DNA from: Immundisolibacteraceae bacterium
GTDB taxonomy: Bacteria; Pseudomonadota; Gammaproteobacteria; Immundisolibacterales; Immundisolibacteraceae
Length of the DNA stretch: 64,000 nt
Direction of reading: 5' to 3'
Assembly (NCBI GenBank): GCA_052031065.1
Contig: JBPEXY010000261.1
Coordinates: 833 to 64,832, forward strand
In this document: positions 48,003 through 56,401 of the stretch, piece after piece
Layout: each line of letters starts with the position of its first letter
How positions within the stretch are numbered: position 1 is the stretch's first letter
Program-made: the position numbers and the translations under genes
The notes under the pieces: model-generated
What the model was told of the DNA's origin: nothing
Database searches by the model: none
The model's input: the letters and a program-made list of their open reading frames with translations, nothing else

Positions 48003-48683
48003 ATGAACAGCCCCAGACCATCCATCACCCATCAGCTAAACGTTACCCTGACCATTACTACAATGAGTCTGCTAGTTACCGGACTCTACGCTTATCTGCG
48101 CTATGTCCATTTTGGGCCGATACCGGAGAGCCGAATACCGCTTTATGTCAGTAACAAAGCGATTAGTTGGAGTAGCGTGGTGTTATTGAGCATTACTTTC
48201 GCTCTGGGACCGGCTTCGACGCTGATTCACCGCTGTCGACTCTGGCTGATCTATCGCAAGCTGCTAGGCTTGACCGGCGCCTGGCTCGCAACGCTGCATA
48301 TCCTCGCATCGTTGCCGATATTCAATATGTTTTACTACACCGCCTTTTTCAACTTCGATGGCACTTTAAAGGTAAATACCGAACTATCGATGCTGGCTGG
48401 TGCTATCGCCTGGTGCCTGCTGCTGGTACCAGCGATTATGTCGATTCCCGACGCCGCTGCTGCAGTTACCCCAAAGGAGTGGCAACGATTCCAGCGCCTG
48501 GGCTTGTTGGCGCTCTACGTCACCTTTGGTCATGTCGCCTGGCTCGGATGGCAAGGCTGGTTTGAACCCCAAACATGGCATGGCGACCTACCGCCGATAA
48601 CGCTGTTAAGCTGTGGCCTGGTCGCCCTGGTCGCATTGCTCAGGGTAATCGGGAAAGCCGCCAGGAAGAGAACGGATGAATAA
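48003..48683 (+). CDS. Ferric-reductase-like (MsrQ/YedZ-type) transmembrane protein, putative b-haem carrier
   Basis: 226 aa from the ATG at 48003, with about 6 TM helices. Conserved His lie in TM helices, in contexts like MsrQ (RKLLGLTGAWLATLHILASL; WQRFQRLGLLALYVTFGHVAW). The ORF-track start at 47829 would leave only 17 bp to the divergent gene. Confidence 0.5.
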   Translation: MNSPRPSITHQLNVTLTITTMSLLVTGLYAYLRYVHFGPIPESRIPLYVSNKAISWSSVVLLSITFALGPASTLIHRCRLWLIYRKLLGLTGAWLATLHILASLPIFNMFYYTAFFNFDGTLKVNTELSMLAGAIAWCLLLVPAIMSIPDAAAAVTPKEWQRFQRLGLLALYVTFGHVAWLGWQGWFEPQTWHGDLPPITLLSCGLVALVALLRVIGKAARKRTDE

Positions 48684-49446
48684 GAGAACGGGCAGCCTTG
48701 CCGCGCCATTGTTATTGGCCCTGGGGCCAGCCGGAGCTGAAGCTGCGAGCGACAATAACTACCAGATCGCATTTGTACACGACTATAAGCAATCCGGTGA
48801 TCCACGCCAGCTTCACCGCCTGCGAATACCGAAACCACAACTTCAGCCAGGGGGCGGTCTCAGCCGCTTTGTTGACGATGGTGGCGCGGTGGAATGGAAT
48901 GCCCTGCAGTACGATACCGGGTCGGTAGACTCTCTATCCTGGGGCCGCTGGACCCGGGGCGTCACCACCGGGACTGGCATTCATAGCGGTCACGATATCA
49001 GTGGTGCCGAAGGGGTACGTAACAGCTTTCGTTACATAACCGGTGCGATACCGGAAATGGCTTTGCAGGATGCCGCAACCTTCTCGTTACTCGGCGGCCA
49101 CACCTCGCCCACCGCTGGAGAAGGCGGAGGCACCTCGATTACCTTGATCAATCAGGGCAATCTGCTGATCGAAGAAGGTGGTCAATCGATCAACATCAGA
49201 GTTTCGCTGCGCGTTGCCAGCGGAATCTACTCGTTTACGGCAGAAAAACTGCCCATTGTTGATTACGGGTTTTCAACGCCTGCTCCGGTCGAAACTTCCG
49301 GTGTACTCTGCCTGGCAGGTTGTACCACGACCATTGAAGGGTTCATCGCTGGTGCCCAGGGTCAACTCGCTGGTATCGCCTTCTCCGTCGATAACCCGGC
49401 ACTATCAAAACGGATTAACGGCATCGCCGCGTTTAAGCGGGACTGA
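48676..49446 (+). CDS. Secreted hypothetical protein with possible TbpB/fHbp-like C-terminal beta-barrel
   Basis: It has a signal peptide LLLALGPAGAEA|AS and no lipobox Cys. The C-terminal pattern GFIAGAQGQLAGIAFSV...INGIAAFKRD resembles the last strands of TbpB-handle-type barrels. Its start overlaps the upstream stop by 8 nt. Confidence 0.45.
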   Translation: MNKRTGSLAAPLLLALGPAGAEAASDNNYQIAFVHDYKQSGDPRQLHRLRIPKPQLQPGGGLSRFVDDGGAVEWNALQYDTGSVDSLSWGRWTRGVTTGTGIHSGHDISGAEGVRNSFRYITGAIPEMALQDAATFSLLGGHTSPTAGEGGGTSITLINQGNLLIEEGGQSINIRVSLRVASGIYSFTAEKLPIVDYGFSTPAPVETSGVLCLAGCTTTIEGFIAGAQGQLAGIAFSVDNPALSKRINGIAAFKRD

Positions 49447-49454
49447 AACCCTTT

Positions 49455-50819
49455 GTGATTACCCCCGAAACTGCCTCGCCCAGATCCGCCGTCGCGGGCA
49501 TCGAGTGGCCGGCTATCGCAGCACCGGTCGGCGCATCATTGCTGGCCTTACAGTTCCAGCTCGATCGATCCCAGTGGTGGTCCCCTGAAAGGCTGCTGGA
49601 GAACCAGTTACAACAGCTAAAAAAGCTGATCGAACACGCCGTCAAAAAGACGGATTGGTACGCTGCTGATCCAGTGTGGCGGGAAATCGCCAATCAACAA
49701 CATCCATTGACCCAGGATCAGCTGTCGACGCTGCCCATACTCCAACGTCGTGATTTGCAGAATCAGCTACCGGCGCTAACCGCAACCAACCTCCCCAAAG
49801 CCCATGGACAGCTGATCGAGTTGGCTACCTCCGGCAGCACAGGTACCCCGTTAAAGGGATGGGAAACCGAACTCAACCAGTTTTTCTGGGGCGGATTTAC
49901 CCTGCGCAACCACCTCTGGCATAACCACAATTTTGACGGCAAATTCGCCGCCATCCGCACCAGGGTCGGCCGACAAACCCTACCCAATTGGGGTCCCGCA
50001 GTCAGCGCGGCATTTACCACCGGCCCTGCTGTTACCCTGGGAATTGACACGCCGATTGGCGAACAGGCCGCATGGCTGGCAGATCAGCAGCCTGACTACC
50101 TGATCAGTCACGCCAGCAACCTGAAGGCACTGGCTCACTATTCAATAAATTACAAGACGCGGCTGGAATCTCTCAATGCTGTCATTAGTTTTGGCGAACG
50201 ACCCGCCGATGGCCTCGATGACTTGATCGGGACCGCCTGGGGTGCACGGTTTGAAGACATCTATAGCGCCGAGGAGCTCGGCACCATCGCGCTGCAGTGT
50301 CCAGACCAACCGCAAAATTACCATGTGATGGCAGAACACCTGCTGGTAGAACTGTTGGATACGCATGGCAAACGCTGCCAGCCGGGTGCAGCGGGTCGGG
50401 TTGTGGTCACCGCACTGCATAACTTCGCCATGCCACTGATCCGCTATGAGCTGGGAGACTACGCACGCCTGGGGTCGCAGTGCACCTGCGGCCGTGGGCT
50501 GCCAGTACTGACCGAAATCCTCGGTCGCGCACGCAACATGATCACTCTGCCGGACGGTTCACAACACTGGCCCAGTTTCCCGGCAGAGCTTTGGCTGGCG
50601 GTCGCGCCGATTCGGCAGTTTCAACTTGAACAGCGCAAACTTGACGAAATCACTGCTCACTACCTGCTCGATCGCCCATTAACGCGGGTTGAAGAAAAAG
50701 AGCTCGCAGCCAGACTGACTGATTCTCTCCGCTTTCCAGGCACCATCGTGTTCAGACAGCACACCCGCCCGTTAAGCCAGGCAGGCAGAAAATTTGAAGA
50801 TTTCGTCAGCCGGCTATAA
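49455..50819 (+). CDS. Phenylacetate-CoA ligase (PaaK/F390 synthetase) family adenylate-forming enzyme
   Basis: 454 aa. It has the motifs TSGSTGTPLK, YSAEELG, MPLIRYELGDYARL and CTCGRGLPVLTEILGRARNMI. It uses a GTG start 8 nt after the upstream stop. Confidence 0.8.
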   Translation: MITPETASPRSAVAGIEWPAIAAPVGASLLALQFQLDRSQWWSPERLLENQLQQLKKLIEHAVKKTDWYAADPVWREIANQQHPLTQDQLSTLPILQRRDLQNQLPALTATNLPKAHGQLIELATSGSTGTPLKGWETELNQFFWGGFTLRNHLWHNHNFDGKFAAIRTRVGRQTLPNWGPAVSAAFTTGPAVTLGIDTPIGEQAAWLADQQPDYLISHASNLKALAHYSINYKTRLESLNAVISFGERPADGLDDLIGTAWGARFEDIYSAEELGTIALQCPDQPQNYHVMAEHLLVELLDTHGKRCQPGAAGRVVVTALHNFAMPLIRYELGDYARLGSQCTCGRGLPVLTEILGRARNMITLPDGSQHWPSFPAELWLAVAPIRQFQLEQRKLDEITAHYLLDRPLTRVEEKELAARLTDSLRFPGTIVFRQHTRPLSQAGRKFEDFVSRL

Positions 50820-50841
50820 CAATCATCGCTCGGCTAGAAAT

Positions 50842-50871
50842 AAAAAACCCCGGCCGGCAAACCGACCAGGG
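50842..50871 (-). terminator. Rho-independent terminator for the Mo-hydroxylase operon
   Basis: On the minus strand the RNA reads CCCUGGUCGG-UUUG-CCGGCCGGGG-UUUUUU, a 10-bp stem with two G-U pairs. It lies about 30 nt past the MoaD-like stop. Confidence 0.65.
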
Positions 50872-50899
50872 TCTATAACAGTGCGGAGCTTACTCTGTC

Positions 50900-51223
50900 T
50901 TACCCGCCACCAATTGCGGGGATAAAAAACAGCTCGCAAGGTTTTTCCAGCGGTAGCAGCAGCCCGTTGGTCACCACTCCATCCACTGCAACGGCGACCC
51001 CAGGCGCCATGCGCCCATCTTTCATCAGCTTATCCAGAAATCCCGGATAGAGCTGATCCAGATTACGGATCACCTGGCGTACGCTGTTACCTTCGACCTC
51101 GACCCACTCCTCACCACCGCTCAGATGGCGCATGGTCGATGGAACATTGATCCGGTGGATCAGGGGTTGTTTTTCTGCGTTTGCCAACTTATCCCTGCTG
51201 CTCCCAGAGCGCTTCCAGCACAT
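50900..51223 (-). CDS. MoaD/ThiS/CysO-family beta-grasp protein with C-terminal Gly-Gly-Gly
   Basis: The pattern INVPSTMRHLSGGEEWVEVEGNSVRQVIRNLDQLYPGF...FFIPAIGGG follows the CysO/MoaD template. The start is uncertain. ATG 51223 overlaps the Mo subunit by 35 nt. TTG 51187 lies 1 nt after its stop. Confidence 0.6.
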   Translation of the reverse strand: MCWKRSGSSRDKLANAEKQPLIHRINVPSTMRHLSGGEEWVEVEGNSVRQVIRNLDQLYPGFLDKLMKDGRMAPGVAVAVDGVVTNGLLLPLEKPCELFFIPAIGGG

Positions 51224-53474
51224 TACCGGGTTTCATCGGCAGTTTGGTTAGTTTGACGCCGATTGCATTCTTGATCGCATCGCGAATCGCCGCTGGTGGC
51301 GGCACAATCGGGACCTCACCCACCCCACGGACACCAAAAGGATGACCCGGGTTGGGAGTCTCCAGAATGGTGCAGTCGATGTTGGGCACATCGAGACTGG
51401 TCGGCATGCGATAGTCCAACAGCGTCGGGTTACGCAGGGTGCCGTTCTCGTCGTAATAGTACTCTTCATTGAGCGCCCAGCCGATACCCTGCACGGTGCC
51501 GCCCTGCATCTGTCCTTCGACATAATCAGGGTGTACTGCCTTCCCAACATCCTGCAGCGCGCTATAGCGGAGAATCTCCACTTTACCGGTGTCCGGATCC
51601 ACCTCGACATCGACAATGTTGGCGGAAATCTGGAACCCGACCCCTTCCGGAAACTCGGAAGCATCGGCGATCAACGGACCACCCGTGTGGTCAGCCTTGG
51701 CACAAATTTCGCCAAACGCCTGGGTCTTGCTGGCATCGCTTTTTAACGTGAACACGCCGTTAGCGTAATCAACCTCAGAGCTGTCGACCTCCCACTCCAT
51801 GCCAGCGCGTTTTTTCATCTCCTCAACCAGTTTTTTACAGGCTGAGATGACCGCGATACCGGTGGCGAAAGTAGTACGGCTGCCGACCGACTGGAAGGTG
51901 TAACCGACCGAATCGGTATCACCAACATTGGTGGAAATCAGCCCATGATCAATACCGAGTTCTTCGGCTGCCTGCATACCCAGAGTATTTCGGGTACCAC
52001 TGAGGTCGACACTGCCGGTGGTCAGGTTCAACGTACCGTCGGCATTACAGCGGATTTCGGCACTGGAGGCCAAGCCGGCACCGAACCAGAAGGCGTAGGA
52101 GATACCACGACCGCGATTTTCACCTTCCAGCGGCGCATTGTAGTGAGGGTGCTCCTTAATCGCGTTGAGCATCTCAATACTGCCAAGTGGCGGACAGGGG
52201 AAACCCATCGGCATCATATCGCCCGGTTTTAGCGCGTTTTTAAGACGAAAATCGATCTGGTCGATGCCCGCCATCTCCGCCAGGTCGGAAACGGTACTCT
52301 CCGCAGCGAAGTTAGCCTGGGTTGCACCAGGGGCACGATAGGGTTTCATTTTCGGCTTGTTGAGGAACACATCGTAGCCGTCGAGACGCACGTTAGGAAT
52401 GTTGTAACGGGTCAACGCACACATGGTACCCGGAGCAATCGGGCCACCCGGATAAGCGCCTGCCTCATAAAGCAGATAGAGGTCAGCAGCGAGCAACTGC
52501 CCTTCCTTGTTGCAGCCCATCTTCACTTTAATGTAGGTTTCAGGACTCGGACCAGTGCCACGCAGCACTTCGCTACGACTCATGAAAATCTTCACCGGTC
52601 GACCGGTCTTTTTCGCCAACACCGCAGCCAGAGAATCGGTGTAGACAACATCCTTGCCACCGAAGCCGCCACCAATTTCCATCGGCACCACTTTGATCTT
52701 GCTCATCGGCATGTTCATGAAACAGGCCATGAAATCACGAATCGCAAAAGCACCCTGAGTAGTGGTGTAGACGGTCAGCCTGTCTTCACTGGTCCACTCT
52801 GCAGTGGTGATGTGAGGCTCAATATAACCCTGATGCACCGCCTTGGTTTCATACTCCCTCTCGATGACGAAATCGCACTGTTCAAAGGTCGCATCGACAT
52901 CGCCATGCTCCAGGAACAGCCGGCCAGCGTTTGGCAGCGCTTTTTGTGTTGGAAACAGGAATGCACCCGGGGTGTAATCCTCATGGAGTACAGTGGCCCC
53001 TTCTTTTACCGCGTCATGCACGTTGAGGACTGGCGGCAGCATTTCATATTCAACGTCGATCAGCTGACAGGCGGCTTCCGCAATGTGTGGGTTGTCAGCG
53101 GCAACAGCTGCCACCACATGGCCGTCATAGAACACCTTGTCACGGGCAATACAGTTATCAGCGATATCCTGCATATTGACTTCGCCACCCTCACCGGCCG
53201 CCACCACTGACATGTTCAGTTTGGGCATATCCGCACCAGTAATAACGGCATGGACCCCTTTCAGAGCCGCTGCCTTACTGGTATCGATGGATTTGATCCG
53301 CGCGTGGGGATGAGGACTACGCAACATCTTGCCGTGCAACATCCCCGGCAGATGAATATCGTCGCCAAATTTCGCGGCACCGGTTACTTTTTCATAACCA
53401 TCCTTACGGATCGGCGTCTCACCCAGAACAGAAAAATCGGTTTTGACCGGGGGCAGATTTGTCGGAGCGTTCAT
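51189..53474 (-). CDS. Xanthine dehydrogenase/aldehyde oxidase-family molybdopterin-binding large subunit
   Basis: 761 aa. The N-terminus is RKDGYEKVTGAAKFGDD and the GGGFGGK motif is present. It has no CODH-specific CSFR loop. It shows ATGA-type coupling with the small subunit. Confidence 0.88.
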   Translation of the reverse strand: MNAPTNLPPVKTDFSVLGETPIRKDGYEKVTGAAKFGDDIHLPGMLHGKMLRSPHPHARIKSIDTSKAAALKGVHAVITGADMPKLNMSVVAAGEGGEVNMQDIADNCIARDKVFYDGHVVAAVAADNPHIAEAACQLIDVEYEMLPPVLNVHDAVKEGATVLHEDYTPGAFLFPTQKALPNAGRLFLEHGDVDATFEQCDFVIEREYETKAVHQGYIEPHITTAEWTSEDRLTVYTTTQGAFAIRDFMACFMNMPMSKIKVVPMEIGGGFGGKDVVYTDSLAAVLAKKTGRPVKIFMSRSEVLRGTGPSPETYIKVKMGCNKEGQLLAADLYLLYEAGAYPGGPIAPGTMCALTRYNIPNVRLDGYDVFLNKPKMKPYRAPGATQANFAAESTVSDLAEMAGIDQIDFRLKNALKPGDMMPMGFPCPPLGSIEMLNAIKEHPHYNAPLEGENRGRGISYAFWFGAGLASSAEIRCNADGTLNLTTGSVDLSGTRNTLGMQAAEELGIDHGLISTNVGDTDSVGYTFQSVGSRTTFATGIAVISACKKLVEEMKKRAGMEWEVDSSEVDYANGVFTLKSDASKTQAFGEICAKADHTGGPLIADASEFPEGVGFQISANIVDVEVDPDTGKVEILRYSALQDVGKAVHPDYVEGQMQGGTVQGIGWALNEEYYYDENGTLRNPTLLDYRMPTSLDVPNIDCTILETPNPGHPFGVRGVGEVPIVPPPAAIRDAIKNAIGVKLTKLPMKPGNVLEALWEQQG

Positions 53475-53950
53475 TAGGCATCCTCCATCACAGCAGCAGC
53501 TTTCTGCACCGCCTTGACGATCTTGTCATAGCCAGTGCAACGGCAAAGGTTATTGGCCAGCCAGAAACGGATCTCTTCCTCGCTGGGATTCGGGTTGGAT
53601 TTCAGCAACTCAGTGGACGAAATCAGGAATCCTGGAGTGCAGATACCACACTGCATCCCGGTCTCTTCCAGAAAAGCCTGCTGCATCGGGTGCAGCCCTT
53701 CGGGCTTAGCCAAGCCTTCGACCGTATCAACCGATTTACCTTCGGCCTCAACACCGAGCACACAGCAGGAACAGACCAGAGTGCCGTCGAGCACAACGCT
53801 ACAGGCGCCGCAGTTACCGTCGTTACAGCCTTCTTTGGTGCCAGTCAGGTGCAGCTCATCACGCAGCACCTCAAGAAGGCTCTGCCGCGGCTCCGCCAAA
53901 AATTCCACCTCTTCGCCATTAACGGTGGTGGTTACATGTACTTTACTCAT
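53474..53950 (-). CDS. (2Fe-2S)-binding small subunit of Mo hydroxylase
   Basis: 158 aa. It has the plant-type cluster motif CNDGNCGACSV and the second-cluster motifs CGICTPGF and CRCTGY. Confidence 0.9.
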   Translation of the reverse strand: MSKVHVTTTVNGEEVEFLAEPRQSLLEVLRDELHLTGTKEGCNDGNCGACSVVLDGTLVCSCCVLGVEAEGKSVDTVEGLAKPEGLHPMQQAFLEETGMQCGICTPGFLISSTELLKSNPNPSEEEIRFWLANNLCRCTGYDKIVKAVQKAAAVMEDA

Positions 53951-53979
53951 CAGTCGGATACTCCATTAACCCTGAATGA

Positions 53980-54849
53980 TCAGGCTTTTGCCCGGGCTAC
54001 AGCTTCAGTCAATGTCCGTCGGGTCAGCACGTTGACCAGATGCTTACGCTGCTTGACCGTACCACGCATATCAGTAATGGGGGTGGCCGCTGCTTCCGCC
54101 GCATCTGCTGCTGCCTGAATCGATGCTTCAGATACCGGCTTACCGGCTAATGAATCACCCGCTTCCCTGGCAAATATTGGGGTCGGCCCTACCGCCCCCA
54201 ACGCGACACGTGCAGACTCGAAAGTGCTGCCATCAGCACTCAGCACCACTGAGGAACCGACACTGGCCACTGCGATGTCCATCTCGTTACGCGGGATAAA
54301 CCGCTGGTAGCAGGCGCCACTGTTTGCCGCAGGTGCAGGAATCTGAATACTCAGCAGCAGCTCGTTATCTGCCAGTGAAGTTTTGCCTGGCGCAACACAA
54401 ACATCCTCAACGGCGACTTCACGTTCGCCGGAAGGACCGATAATTTTCGCTGTGGCACCAAGCACAATCAGCGCAGGAATTGAATCGCCACTGGGCGCAG
54501 CATTACAGAGATTCCCGCCAATGGTGGCCCGACCCTGAGTCTGAATACCGCCGATAATCTGCGCAGCCTCAATCAGTGCAGGATAGGCTTCTACCACCGC
54601 GGGATCTTCGTAAAGCGTACGACAGGTGACACCGGCACCGAGGTCAAGGCCGGAACCGCTCAGGTTGTAGCGCTTGAACTCCGGAATCTGCTTGGCATCG
54701 ACCACCAGACCTGGCGTTAGCCGGCCTACTCGCATGCCGATCAGCAGGTCGGTCCCGCCGGCCAGAATCCGAGCATTTGACCCGTGCTCCGCCAATATCG
54801 CTACCGCATCGCCTACTGATGTCGGTGTCGCGAAATCAAAACTGTGCAT
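53980..54849 (-). CDS. FAD-binding medium subunit of Mo hydroxylase (CoxM/QorM-like)
   Basis: 289 aa from the ATG at 54849 (MHSFDFATP; GGAGGAG RBS 7 nt upstream). It has the AGGTDLL FAD motif. The ORF-track start is 54912. Confidence 0.88.
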   Translation of the reverse strand: MHSFDFATPTSVGDAVAILAEHGSNARILAGGTDLLIGMRVGRLTPGLVVDAKQIPEFKRYNLSGSGLDLGAGVTCRTLYEDPAVVEAYPALIEAAQIIGGIQTQGRATIGGNLCNAAPSGDSIPALIVLGATAKIIGPSGEREVAVEDVCVAPGKTSLADNELLLSIQIPAPAANSGACYQRFIPRNEMDIAVASVGSSVVLSADGSTFESARVALGAVGPTPIFAREAGDSLAGKPVSEASIQAAADAAEAAATPITDMRGTVKQRKHLVNVLTRRTLTEAVARAKA

Positions 54850-55012
54850 AGTCGCACTCCTCCCATCTCGAGTTGTTGGAATGACCCGATCGCCATAGAT
54901 GGTAAAAGGCAATCATCCTGAAAAAGGCCAGCAAGCTTATCAAAAAAGGGGGTTGCGATGTCAGTGCTCCAACCAACCTTTTTGCCAAACTTTATTTAAC
55001 TGATTTTTTGGC

Positions 55013-56281
55013 TCAGCGCAGTCCCATCATGTCGGTATAGGCGTTCCAGAATCCGCGCACTGGCGATTCATCACCAAGGAAGTCACTCTCCTCAGCCACG
55101 TCAGTGCCGCCCATCTCGATTACCGCGTTGGCATCTGCATCCCTGGCAATGCCGTTCTGGGCAATTTCAATCGCCAATCCATCTTCCATGGAGACCAGCC
55201 CGGCAGGACCGATGAGATTGATCTGTTTGAGTCTCATCGCGTCAAGCTCCGCGTCGTCATCGGCATAACCGAAAAAGGTGTAGTGCACGGTCACGCCATC
55301 GGGGCCATGGGGTTGAAACTGACGGATATTGAGTACATTGGCAATCTGCTGCAGCATCATGATCGGAAACACATCAATGATGACCAGGTTGATGCCATCG
55401 TCCCACTCCATTTTGCCTTTCAACAGACTCATATCCTCCAGTTGGTAGGTACCTTCCTGGTAGGTATGACCTGCCTCTTCCATACCCTGTTTTTTTGCCT
55501 GCTGATCCTCTTTACCAGCAAAGGTATAAAAACAGGTCTGCTTGCCCTCTTTCTCTACGTGGATTCGCCCCTCCTGACTGGCACGAAATAACCCGAAAGT
55601 CGCAAAAAACAGGTGCAACAGACTGGCGTGGTAACCATCACGCGGATTCTCGGCATAGAGTTTCCAGTTACCCTTCATATGCTGATGGTGTCGGCCAAGG
55701 ATCTTGATCGGCCGGTTAAAGATCCGCTGCATGAATTTGGCTACGGTCGGCCCGAGATAATCCTCCAGCGGTTCGACCTCGCTACTGAAACTCACAAAAA
55801 TTACACCGCAGTAACTCTCCACCCGCAGCGCTCGCGGCCGGTGCTGGCTCTGATCAAAATCGGCTGACATACCTCCCTTGCCGCCCAGCCCCTTTTTGAA
55901 CGGCACACTCTGCAATGAACCATCCAGCCCGTAACCCCATTGGTGATAAACGCAGTAGAAACTGTCGGCATTGCCACAATTATCGTTGACGATAATCGCG
56001 TTGCGGTGGCCGCAGCGGTTGATCCAGCAGTGCATCTCCCCGTCGTCACCGCGCACCAGAACCAGCGGCGTGTCACCGACATAAACCGTTTTATAGTCAC
56101 CTTTATTGGCAATTTCCACCTCAAGCCCGACAAAGTTCCAGACCTCGCCACGGAAGATTTTTTCCTGTTCCCGCCGGTAGATCTCGTCGTCGTAGAATAC
56201 GCGGCCCGGCACTCGATTGACGTTCTCACCTTCTCCTGGCCATGCAAAATCCTCCAGACTGATCTTCTCAATTTGGTTCAT
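55013..56281 (-). CDS. Alpha-only Rieske non-haem iron oxygenase (no adjacent beta subunit)
   Basis: 422 aa from the ATG at 56281 (AGGAGGAA RBS). It carries the Rieske motif CGHRN...CVYHQW and the Fe motif DGYHASLLH. Confidence 0.85.
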   Translation of the reverse strand: MNQIEKISLEDFAWPGEGENVNRVPGRVFYDDEIYRREQEKIFRGEVWNFVGLEVEIANKGDYKTVYVGDTPLVLVRGDDGEMHCWINRCGHRNAIIVNDNCGNADSFYCVYHQWGYGLDGSLQSVPFKKGLGGKGGMSADFDQSQHRPRALRVESYCGVIFVSFSSEVEPLEDYLGPTVAKFMQRIFNRPIKILGRHHQHMKGNWKLYAENPRDGYHASLLHLFFATFGLFRASQEGRIHVEKEGKQTCFYTFAGKEDQQAKKQGMEEAGHTYQEGTYQLEDMSLLKGKMEWDDGINLVIIDVFPIMMLQQIANVLNIRQFQPHGPDGVTVHYTFFGYADDDAELDAMRLKQINLIGPAGLVSMEDGLAIEIAQNGIARDADANAVIEMGGTDVAEESDFLGDESPVRGFWNAYTDMMGLR

Positions 56282-56401
56282 CACTTCCTCCTGTCTCAAA
56301 ATCTTTAATCATTAATCGGCTTTGTCCTGGTGGCTGGGGTACCTGTAGTGTCCGATTCCTCATTTATATCCTATTATCCGCGTTAAACATTTATAGCCCA
56401 T

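Noticed and set aside
51189-54849. The Mo-hydroxylase as 4-hydroxybenzoyl-CoA reductase (HcrABC), given the nearby CoA ligase, or as a true CO dehydrogenase.
   Set aside because: The FAD subunit has no Cys-rich insertion for the extra [4Fe-4S] cluster typical of HcrB. The large subunit lacks the CODH active-site loop (..CSFR). The ligase is convergent, not co-transcribed.
54970-54990. A sigma-54-like element upstream of the Mo-hydroxylase genes (minus strand TGGCAAAAAGGTTGG).
   Set aside because: The invariant -12 GC dinucleotide is replaced by GG, so it does not fit the TGGCAC-N5-TTGC consensus.
27731-56299. Calling the catabolic regions mobile genetic elements.
   Set aside because: No transposase, integrase, tRNA attachment site, or inverted or direct terminal repeats could be found by reading the flanks. 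Only the gene-content discontinuity supports horizontal acquisition, so I report it as a hypothesis and not as a feature.
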